From NCBI GenBank assembly GCA_040382435.1, contig JBEIFN010000001.1:1-57253 (forward strand): DNA of 57,253 bases, in the 5' to 3' direction. Below are positions 8,143-15,953 of the stretch, piece by piece; the stretch's first letter is position 1; each line of letters begins with the position of its first letter. This stretch comes from Alphaproteobacteria bacterium. Lineage in GTDB: Bacteria > Myxococcota_A > UBA796 > GCA-2862545. A program made the position numbers and the translations under genes. The notes under the pieces are model-generated. The model saw only the letters and a list, made by a program, of their open reading frames with translations. It was not told the origin of the DNA and did no database searches.

Positions 8143-10040
8143 GGCAGACTCCCGGGCTGGGCGGGCGCCACTCCGGTCGGGGGGGCTTGGGTCGTCGCCG
8201 CGGCGGGCGTGACGATGGCGGCCACCAGCGGGCCGGCGTAGCCGAGCGCAGGCCACACCTCGGGCCGCGCGTAGTAGGCGCTCGCCGTGAGCGTGCGCAG
8301 GGCCTTGTAGACTTGACGCCGCAGTCCAAGCGGGCTCGTCCGCCATCCGTCCAGCACGCGGTCTTGCGCAACCGCATCCATGTTGGTGAACGCGGTGGGC
8401 GTCCCCGCCACGATCATGTTCGTCAGGGGGTTTTCGAACAGCGCGCAGGCCTGCTCGACCTCGGCGACCATGCCGGGCGGACAGGTCGCGAGCAGGTCGT
8501 CGACGGCCTCGGCGATGCCGAGATCGGTGGCGGTGGGGAAGTCGGGGCGTCCGGCGAGCGACGGCCCACCGGGGTTGACCCGTGCGGCGACCGCGTGCAG
8601 GACCGAGAAGGCGCGGGGACTCAGCGCCTTGAGCGGCCGTGAAGGGGAGGTCACGCGGCCGGGAAGCAGGCCGACGCCGACCCCTCCGAGCGCGAGCATC
8701 GTCGCGCCCAGCGCACCGGTCTTGAGAAAGCTGCGACGGGTGGAGGCCATGGGTTTGGGCGTAACGCGCGGCGGTCGAGGTGCATCCGGCGCGCTGTCAT
8801 CGCGCGTTGTCGGCCACGGGGCGACGAAGGGGACCATCGCGAGGCCGGGCAGCGCCAGAACGCTGCAGAGCGCGAAATACAGGCTCCAGTCGTGGTCGAC
8901 CGCCTCGACCAGCCAACCCGCGCTCGCGGCGAACAGCGTCCGGGGGAGCGCGGCGACGCCGCTGAACAAGGCGTACTGGGTGGCGGCGTAGGCGCGGTCG
9001 GTCCGGCTGGCGACGAACGCGAGAAACGCCGCGTTGCCGAGGCCGACCCCGAGGTACTCGGCCGCCACCGCGATCCCGAGGCCTAGCAGTGAGGGGCCGA
9101 CGGAGGCCAACGCGGAGAACGCGAGGATGCTCCCTGCTTGCACCGCACCGAACACCCACAGGGCGCGGTGGATCCCGATCCGCGTCATCAGCGCGCCGCC
9201 CAGCGTGGCCCCCGCGACCGTCGACCAAAGGCCCACGACCTTGGCCACCGTCCCGATCTCGGTCGGCGTGAAGCCGAGGCCTAGGTAGAACGGCGTGACC
9301 ATGGAGGTCGCGAAGGCGTCGCCGAGCTTGAAGAGCACGAGGAACAGCAGGAAGGCGGCCGCGCCGCTCCAGCCCCGCGCCGCGAGGAAGTGCTGGAACG
9401 GCAGAACGACGGCGTCGCGCAGGCCGGGTGGGGGCGCGACGCGCTCCACCGGCTCGGGGGCGAGCCAGGTCGTCACGAGGCCGAGGGTCATGAAGGCCGC
9501 GGTGACCGAGAACACCGTCGACCAGGGCGCATGGTCCGCGAGCACGAGCGCGAGGCCGCCGGGGACGAGCTGGCTGACGCGGTAGGCGTTGGCGAACCAG
9601 GCGGTGCCGTGGCCGAGCTCGTCATCGGTCAGCAGCTCGCGTCGCCACGCGTCGAGCACGATGTCCTGGCTGGCGGAGGCGAAGCTGACCCCGACCGTGA
9701 GCACGCCAGCGCGTAGCAGATCCGAGGCCCATATGGATGGTTCGAGCAGGGAAAACGCCCCAAGCCCGAGCAGGAGTGCGAGCTGTAGCAGCGCGGCCCA
9801 CGTGCGTCGGCGGTCGAGGTTGGCGGGCAGCGCGCGGTCGAGGACGGGCGCCCAAAGGAACTTCCACGCGTACGGCGTGCCTGCGAGTGCGAACAACCCG
9901 ATCGAGGTGAGGTCGGCGCCCTGCGAGGTCAACCATGCAGGGACGAGCTGCGTCGTGGTGTAGAGCGGTAGGCCCGACGCGAACCCGAGGCCGACGCACG
10001 CCGCGATGCGGGCGGAGAACAGGTCGCGCCATCCGCGCAT
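8139..10040 (-). CDS. ampG: AmpG-type MFS muropeptide permease fused in frame to a Tat-signal 'gluconate 2-dehydrogenase subunit 3'-type small subunit
   Basis: ATG 10040 is preceded by GAGGAG with a 7-nt spacer. Roughly the first 410 aa are collinear with E. coli AmpG (LGFASGLP, AWKFLWAPVLDR, SASQDIVLDAW, LFKLGDAFA, ATQYALFS). A Pro-rich linker follows. Then comes MASTRRSFLKTGALGATMLALGG plus a domain of about 200 aa (internal ATG at 8750), with no intervening stop. Confidence 0.8.
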   Translation of the reverse strand: MRGWRDLFSARIAACVGLGFASGLPLYTTTQLVPAWLTSQGADLTSIGLFALAGTPYAWKFLWAPVLDRALPANLDRRRTWAALLQLALLLGLGAFSLLEPSIWASDLLRAGVLTVGVSFASASQDIVLDAWRRELLTDDELGHGTAWFANAYRVSQLVPGGLALVLADHAPWSTVFSVTAAFMTLGLVTTWLAPEPVERVAPPPGLRDAVVLPFQHFLAARGWSGAAAFLLFLVLFKLGDAFATSMVTPFYLGLGFTPTEIGTVAKVVGLWSTVAGATLGGALMTRIGIHRALWVFGAVQAGSILAFSALASVGPSLLGLGIAVAAEYLGVGLGNAAFLAFVASRTDRAYAATQYALFSGVAALPRTLFAASAGWLVEAVDHDWSLYFALCSVLALPGLAMVPFVAPWPTTRDDSAPDAPRPPRVTPKPMASTRRSFLKTGALGATMLALGGVGVGLLPGRVTSPSRPLKALSPRAFSVLHAVAARVNPGGPSLAGRPDFPTATDLGIAEAVDDLLATCPPGMVAEVEQACALFENPLTNMIVAGTPTAFTNMDAVAQDRVLDGWRTSPLGLRRQVYKALRTLTASAYYARPEVWPALGYAGPLVAAIVTPAAATTQAPPTGVAPAQPGSLP

Positions 10041-10051
10041 GGTTGGGCTCC

Positions 10052-12136
10052 TCAGGGTGCGTCCCACCATACCCTAGGGGCGATGCCGCTGGGGACCCCG
10101 TCGATCGTGACGAGGATTCGGGTCTGACGTTCGGTCGTAGGCGCGCGGAGGCGGCGCTCGTAGTGGTCGCCGACGCTCGTCACACCGCCCATCCACGGCG
10201 CCCCAACGCTGGTCGCGGGGTCCGTCTCGATCGTGACGGTGGCGGCGCGTGGTGCGCCCTGCGCGTCGCGCGGCGTGACCGACACCACGATCTCGGAGAC
10301 GCCGTCCGCGGGTGCGTGCCGGTCCACTTCGGACAGGTGGATCGTCTCCGGCTCGGTGATGTGGTGGGTTTGGCCCGCCTGAAGGGGGCCGACCTCCTGT
10401 CGCACGCCGCTCGGCCAATCGATCGTCAGCTGTGTCGTCTCGTCGTTGGGACCCAGCGCGAAGTACGCGAACTCCGAGGGCACCAAGCCTTCGGAAGCCG
10501 TCGCGCCGAGGAGTTGCCACTGATCGGGGAGGCCGGCCACCTGCAAGCGCAAGCGGGCGCCGAAGCCGTGCGCGTTGCTGGTCGTGCCGTGCAGTCGCAC
10601 AGCGAGGACGCGGCCACCGGTGTCGACGTCGTTGCGCAACACGCGGGGCAGGTCCCCGATGCCACCGACGAGCAGATCCGGGTCGGCGTCGCCGTCGATG
10701 TCGTCGACGCGCAACGTGTGCTGCCAACCCGGTACGCCGAGCGGCAGGCTCGAGGAGACGTCGACGAGGTGGCCGAGCCCGTCGTTCCACAGCGCCAGCG
10801 GCGCGTACGGCCCGTTGCGGACCGGCGCGGTGAAGGCGTCCATGTCGTCACCGAGCGCGACGACGGCGTCGGGTCGGCCATCGCGGTCAAGATCGATCGG
10901 CCCGATCGCCCACGGGAGTTGGAAGACCTGGTTGGGACCGATGGGGAGCGCGTCGGCGAGCGTCGGGGTGAGGTCGGTCCAGGCGCTCGGCCCGGTCGAG
11001 AAGCCGTGTAGGTGGGGGTCAGACAGCGAGACGAGGTACTCGAAGACGCCGTCGCCGTGCAGGTCGAACAGGGCCGCCCCCATCGGCTGGCGCGCGCCGA
11101 GGGGCATAAAGGGCGCGGTGGGGTCGTACCGGAACACGGAACCCATCGGGAAGGGGTCGACGTGACCCCACACGGTGCGTCCGGCAAGCGCGCCCACAGG
11201 CTCAAGGACGGTCGAGGGATGATCGGTGGCCTCGCACCCTGACGCGACCCACAACACCCGGTCCGGTGCGCCGTCGAAGCCCGGGAACGCGCCGAGGGCG
11301 TAGGCGTTGGGGCGCAGGTCTTCGGGGAAGACGCCGTCGATCCAGCTCCACGTCGCGACCCCGGTCCGGAAGAACGCCAACGCGCCGCGTGCGGTGGTGT
11401 TCGAGCACGAGTTGGGGAGGAACCAGACGTCGATCCAGCCGTCGCGATCGAGGTCTGCGACCCCCACGCGCTGGTAGCCGCCGAGGGGCCGCAAGCCGTC
11501 GGGCATCGACGGGAGCTGGCCTTGAAACGTGGCACCGCGCGCGAGCGTGATCGGCGACTCGAAGCTGGCGCGGAGGAGGTCGACCGCGCCATCGTCGTCG
11601 AGGTCGAGCGCGCCGACCACGCCGCGGCGAACGGGGCGAAGGCGGGCGCTCAGGGCCGCGTCGTAGGTCCAGCCTCCTGCGCCATCGGGACGGTACACGG
11701 CGTGCCAGTTCGGCGCGGCGCCCCCCATCAGCACCTCGGAGACGATCAGCTCGACGCTGCCGTCCGCGTCGAGGTCGGCGGGTAGTACGGTGGTTAACTC
11801 GCCGAGCTCGCGATTCGAGATGCTCGACGGGGGCGCGGTCGCGCCGTCGGCCAACAGGGTCCCGAGGAGCACCTCGGAGAAGCCTGCGCCCCAGCTGGGC
11901 GGCGTGGGTCGGGGAGGCTCCTGGGCCGTGTCCCTGGCGGGCGTCTCGGTCGGCGTGTCCGCCAGCGTGTCCGCGGGGGTGTCGGACGGCGTGTCCGGCC
12001 TCGGGGTGTCGATGGGTGTGGGGTCGTCGGGCGATCCGGTGTCGGACGCCTTGAGCGATGCGTCGGGAGCGGGCGCACACGCGAGCATCACGGTGACCAC
12101 GGCGAGCGGCCGCCATGTTCGGGACGACGTCGTCAT
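10052..12136 (-). CDS. CRTAC1-like lipoprotein (FG-GAP/VCBS repeats + ASPIC/UnbV domain + Ig-like C-terminus), paralogue 1
   Basis: ATG 12136 overlaps the upstream TGA (ATGA). Lipobox MLAC-A, then a D/T/P-rich linker. DxDxDG repeats (DLDADGSVE, DLDDDGAVD, DLDRDGWID, DLHGDGVFE, DLDRDGRPD, DIDGDADPD). ASPIC block GTTSNAHGFGARLRL...TIDWPSG. Confidence 0.85.
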   Translation of the reverse strand: MTTSSRTWRPLAVVTVMLACAPAPDASLKASDTGSPDDPTPIDTPRPDTPSDTPADTLADTPTETPARDTAQEPPRPTPPSWGAGFSEVLLGTLLADGATAPPSSISNRELGELTTVLPADLDADGSVELIVSEVLMGGAAPNWHAVYRPDGAGGWTYDAALSARLRPVRRGVVGALDLDDDGAVDLLRASFESPITLARGATFQGQLPSMPDGLRPLGGYQRVGVADLDRDGWIDVWFLPNSCSNTTARGALAFFRTGVATWSWIDGVFPEDLRPNAYALGAFPGFDGAPDRVLWVASGCEATDHPSTVLEPVGALAGRTVWGHVDPFPMGSVFRYDPTAPFMPLGARQPMGAALFDLHGDGVFEYLVSLSDPHLHGFSTGPSAWTDLTPTLADALPIGPNQVFQLPWAIGPIDLDRDGRPDAVVALGDDMDAFTAPVRNGPYAPLALWNDGLGHLVDVSSSLPLGVPGWQHTLRVDDIDGDADPDLLVGGIGDLPRVLRNDVDTGGRVLAVRLHGTTSNAHGFGARLRLQVAGLPDQWQLLGATASEGLVPSEFAYFALGPNDETTQLTIDWPSGVRQEVGPLQAGQTHHITEPETIHLSEVDRHAPADGVSEIVVSVTPRDAQGAPRAATVTIETDPATSVGAPWMGGVTSVGDHYERRLRAPTTERQTRILVTIDGVPSGIAPRVWWDAP

Positions 12137-14352
12137 GGTGCATCCCACCAAACGCGGGGGGCGACGCCGAGAGGGACGCCATCGAGGGTGACGACGATCC
12201 GATCTTGCGCGGCCGTCGTTGGGGCGCGGAGCGTGCGGGTGACGGTCGTGCCGGACGTTGTCGCCGGACCTGTCCAGCTGCCTCCCGAGAGCGTGGCGTC
12301 GAGCTCGATCGTCACGGCGGCCGCTCGGGCGGCTCCCGCGGCGTCGCGCGGCGTGACCGTCACCGTGATCTCGGCGGCGCCGTCTGCGGGCGCGTGCCGG
12401 TCGGGCTCGGAGAGCGTCACGGTCGGCGGCTCGACGATCGTGTGCGTCGCGCCCGCTGGCAGGGGTCCGACGACCTGACGCAGACCGCTCGGCCAGTCGA
12501 TGGTCAAGCGGGTCGCGGCTCCGGCGGTTCCGGTCGAGAAGAACAATCGCTCGGGTGGGGCGTGCCCCTCGGTCCCGGTCGCGCCCAGCAGCTGCCATTG
12601 GTCGGGGAGCCCCTGCACCTCGACGCGCAGCCGCGCGCCCATGCCGAGGTGGTTCGAGGTGGTTCCTTGCAACTTGACGCCGAAGCTGCCGCCGCCGGTG
12701 TTGACGTCGTTGCGCAGCAGGCGGGGCAGGTCGCCGATGCCGCCGACGAGCAGGTCGGGGTCGCCGTCATCGTCGAGGTCGTCGACGGCCAGGGTGTGCA
12801 GCCATCCCGGTAGGCCGAGGTCGAGGCCGGCGGTCGCGTCGGAGAACCCGCCTTGTCCGTGGTTCCACATCACGATCGGCAGGTAGGGGCCGTTGCGGAC
12901 GGGCGCGGCGAACGCCCCAAAGTCGTCGCCCAGTGCCACCACGAGATCGATGCGGCCGTCCCGGTCGAGGTCGATCGGACCGATCGCCCAGGGGAGCTGG
13001 AACGTCTGGTTTCCACCGATCGGGTACGGCGGCGCGAAGCCGGGCGTCAGGTCCTGCCAGAGGCCGGGCAGGATGCGAAAGGCGTGGAACAGCGGGTCGG
13101 CGAGCGTGGTGCCGAACTCCCAGATGCCATCGCCTTCGACATCGAACACCGCCGACCCCATCGGCCGGCGCGCGCCGATCGGCAGGAAGGGGGCGCTCGG
13201 GTCGTAGCGGAACACGGCGTCCATCGGGAAGGGATCGACGTAGGTCCACGTCGGTCGCCCCTGCAGCGTCCCGGTGGGCTGCAGGATCATCGGCGCATGG
13301 TCGGCGGCCTCGCAGCCCGCGCCGGACATCACGAGACGGTCGGGCTCGCCGTCGTGGCCCGGGATCGTCCCCAGCGCGGTCGCGCCGACGCGCGGGGACG
13401 TGTCGAACAGGTCATCGATCCATGTCCACTGGTCGACGGCGGTGCGGACGAAGGGGACGATCACCTCCGTGGTACGTCCACAGACGTTGGGGGCGTACAC
13501 GACATCGATCCAGCCATCGCGGTCGAGGTCGGTGACGGTCACGTGCAGCCAGCCGCCGCGGGGCTGCATCGCGGTCGGGATCCCGCCGTCCTCCTGCACC
13601 CAGCCGGCGCCGCGGCGAAGCTGGATCGGCGCGTCGTAGGCCGCGCGGAGCAGGTCGACCGCGCCGTCCTCGTCGAGATCATAGGCGCCGACGACACCTC
13701 GGCGGACGCTGGTCAAGAGGTCCGACAGGGCGGCATCGACCGTCCAGTCCGCGCTCGTGGCTCCACGCCGCAGGACCGCGTGCCAGTTCGGGCTCGCGGT
13801 CGGGCGGAACACCTCGGAGAGGATCAGCTCGCGGACGCCGTCACCGTCGAGGTCGGCGAGGTGTGCGGTGACGAGTTCGCCCATCTCGCCCCCCGCCACA
13901 TCGGGCAGCTGCACCGTGATGCCCTCGTTGGCCCACAGGTCGAGTCCGATTTCGGAAAACCCAGCACCGAAGGAGGGGGGATCGGGGGGAGACGAGGGGG
14001 TGTCGGCGTCGGGTGTGTCGGATGGAGCCGGTGTGTCGTCGCCCTCGGGGTTGGGGGGCGTGGCGGTGTCGATGGGGTCGGGCGGGTTCGACGGCGTGTC
14101 GGTGGCGGGCGTGTCGGGTTGCTCCGGACCTTGCGGTGTGTCGCCGGTCGGTGTCGGACCGGGATCGACGCCCGGAGCGGGCGTGTCGTCGCCCGTCGTC
14201 GGTCGCGTGTCGTCGGCGGGAGGAGGATCCTCGGTGGTGCCGACGGCGCCCGGTGAGGCGCAGCCGAGCCACAGGAGGCCCCAAACGCTCCGACACGCGA
14301 GAAGGGTTGCGCCTCTCTGCCCGCCGGATCGTGACTGGCCTGCTCTCGCCAT
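12133..14352 (-). CDS. CRTAC1-like lipoprotein (FG-GAP/VCBS + ASPIC/UnbV), paralogue 2
   Basis: ATG 14352 (MARAGQ...WLGC-A lipobox). Same architecture and collinear sequence with paralogue 1, and both end in APRVWWDAP. Confidence 0.85.
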   Translation of the reverse strand: MARAGQSRSGGQRGATLLACRSVWGLLWLGCASPGAVGTTEDPPPADDTRPTTGDDTPAPGVDPGPTPTGDTPQGPEQPDTPATDTPSNPPDPIDTATPPNPEGDDTPAPSDTPDADTPSSPPDPPSFGAGFSEIGLDLWANEGITVQLPDVAGGEMGELVTAHLADLDGDGVRELILSEVFRPTASPNWHAVLRRGATSADWTVDAALSDLLTSVRRGVVGAYDLDEDGAVDLLRAAYDAPIQLRRGAGWVQEDGGIPTAMQPRGGWLHVTVTDLDRDGWIDVVYAPNVCGRTTEVIVPFVRTAVDQWTWIDDLFDTSPRVGATALGTIPGHDGEPDRLVMSGAGCEAADHAPMILQPTGTLQGRPTWTYVDPFPMDAVFRYDPSAPFLPIGARRPMGSAVFDVEGDGIWEFGTTLADPLFHAFRILPGLWQDLTPGFAPPYPIGGNQTFQLPWAIGPIDLDRDGRIDLVVALGDDFGAFAAPVRNGPYLPIVMWNHGQGGFSDATAGLDLGLPGWLHTLAVDDLDDDGDPDLLVGGIGDLPRLLRNDVNTGGGSFGVKLQGTTSNHLGMGARLRVEVQGLPDQWQLLGATGTEGHAPPERLFFSTGTAGAATRLTIDWPSGLRQVVGPLPAGATHTIVEPPTVTLSEPDRHAPADGAAEITVTVTPRDAAGAARAAAVTIELDATLSGGSWTGPATTSGTTVTRTLRAPTTAAQDRIVVTLDGVPLGVAPRVWWDAP

Positions 14353-14485
14353 GTTCGCGCCTCGCCGAGCATTGTACGTCGTGATGCGCCGGTTCGCGCG
14401 TCGCCGGTACGACGCGGTGTGCACGGCGTCTGGCCGGTGGTTGTGTTCGGCTCGCCGGCGCCATAGGCTGCGGGCGTGGTGGGGC

Positions 14486-15946
14486 ATGCTTTTTCATAGC
14501 CACGACTTCATCTTCGGCTTGTTGCCCCTGACCTGGAGCCTGTGGCGGGCGGCCGATCGGCGCAGCCCTCGGGCGGCGCTGTGGGTGTTGGTGCTCGCGA
14601 GCTTGGTGTTCTACGCTTGGTGGTACCCGCCGTATGTGATCTTGTTCCTCGCTTCGATGTTCGGCAATTTTGGCTTGGGGCAGGTTCTTGGGGACGATGC
14701 GCGCGCGGAGCGCGTTCGTGATCGCGCGCTCTGGTGGGGCATCGCGGCCAACCTCGGCCTGTTGTTCGTCTACAAGTACTTGGGTTGGGTGCTCGAGATC
14801 CTCGGGCAGGTCGGCGGGCCGCAGCTGCAGGGCCCCGGGTGGTCGTTGCCGATCGGCATCAGCTTCTTCACCTTCCAGCAGGTCGCCTACCTCGTGGATG
14901 CGCGGCGAGGGCTGTGCAAGGAGCACGATGGCCTGGCCTACGCTTTCTTCGTCTCGTTCTTTCCGCAGCTGATCGCGGGGCCGATCATCCACCACCGCGA
15001 CATCCTGCCGCAGGTCCACGAACGGCGTCGACCGACGGCGGACGATCTCGCGGTCGGCGTGTCGTTGTTCGTCGTCGGCTTGGCCAAGAAGGTGCTGATC
15101 GCCGACGTGATGGCCCCTCAGGTCGATCGCGTTTTTGGTGGGGTGCACGCCGGAGAGGCTCCGACGACCGCGATCGCATGGCTCGGGATGTTCGCTTGGC
15201 ACTTCCAGCTCTACTTCGACTTCTCGGGCTACTCCGACATGTCGCTCGGGCTGGCGCGGATGTTCGCGATGCGGCTGCCGGTCAACTTCGAGGCCCCCTA
15301 TCGCTCGGACTCGTTGACGGAGTTCTGGCGGCGCTGGCACCTGTCGCTGAGCCACTTTCTGCGCGACTACTTGTACGTGCCGCTGGGCGGGAACAAGGGC
15401 GGCGTGTGGATGCAGGCGCGCAACCAGTTCTTGACGTTGTTCGTGGCCGCCGTCTGGCACGGCGCGGGCTGGACGTTCGTGGTCTGGGGCCTGCAGATGG
15501 GCGGGATCGTCTACATCCATACGATCTTGCGCGACCGGGGCTGGACGCTGCCCGACACACCGTTCGGTGTCGGCCTGGGACGCGCGCTGTTGTGGCTGTG
15601 CATGCTCTCGTCGTGGCCGCTGTTCCGGGGGCAGAGCCTGACGGACGCTGGGCTGCTCTACGAGGCGATGCTCGGCGTCGGCCCGGCGGGTCTCGGCGCC
15701 TTCCCGCTGACGTGGTTGCTCGCTTTTCTGGCGCTGACGGTGTGGACGCAGGTGCTGCCGACGACCCAGCAGCTGTTCCGTCACCACGACCCGGCGTGGC
15801 ATTGGCGTGCGGTCGACCGGTTGACCGGACCGGCGTGGCTCGCTTGGCACCCAACGTGGGTGTGGGGGGCGTTCGTGGCAGGTCTTTTCGCGGCCTCGGT
15901 CACGGTCTTGGACCGCGCGGGCGCGTTCCTCTACTGGAACTTCTGA
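14486..15946 (+). CDS. MBOAT-family membrane O-acyltransferase (AlgI/DltB/PatA-like)
   Basis: ATG 14486 (MLFHSHDF...). Polytopic. MBOAT signature FWRRWHLSLSHFLRDYLYVPLGGN contains the conserved His. The track ORF from 13757 is an antisense-shadow extension. Confidence 0.92.
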   Translation: MLFHSHDFIFGLLPLTWSLWRAADRRSPRAALWVLVLASLVFYAWWYPPYVILFLASMFGNFGLGQVLGDDARAERVRDRALWWGIAANLGLLFVYKYLGWVLEILGQVGGPQLQGPGWSLPIGISFFTFQQVAYLVDARRGLCKEHDGLAYAFFVSFFPQLIAGPIIHHRDILPQVHERRRPTADDLAVGVSLFVVGLAKKVLIADVMAPQVDRVFGGVHAGEAPTTAIAWLGMFAWHFQLYFDFSGYSDMSLGLARMFAMRLPVNFEAPYRSDSLTEFWRRWHLSLSHFLRDYLYVPLGGNKGGVWMQARNQFLTLFVAAVWHGAGWTFVVWGLQMGGIVYIHTILRDRGWTLPDTPFGVGLGRALLWLCMLSSWPLFRGQSLTDAGLLYEAMLGVGPAGLGAFPLTWLLAFLALTVWTQVLPTTQQLFRHHDPAWHWRAVDRLTGPAWLAWHPTWVWGAFVAGLFAASVTVLDRAGAFLYWNF

Positions 15947-15953
15947 GGCGCGC

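Noticed and set aside
8346-10070. ORF-track N-terminal extensions in general (GMC from 8346, AmpG from 10070, FG-GAP genes from 12598 and 14487, MBOAT from 13757, uvrC from 52978, and others).
   Set aside because: The extensions are Arg/Pro-rich, overlap the upstream gene, and precede an internal ATG or GTG that has a Shine-Dalgarno or a 4-nt stop/start overlap and gives a homology-consistent N-terminus or lipoprotein signal.
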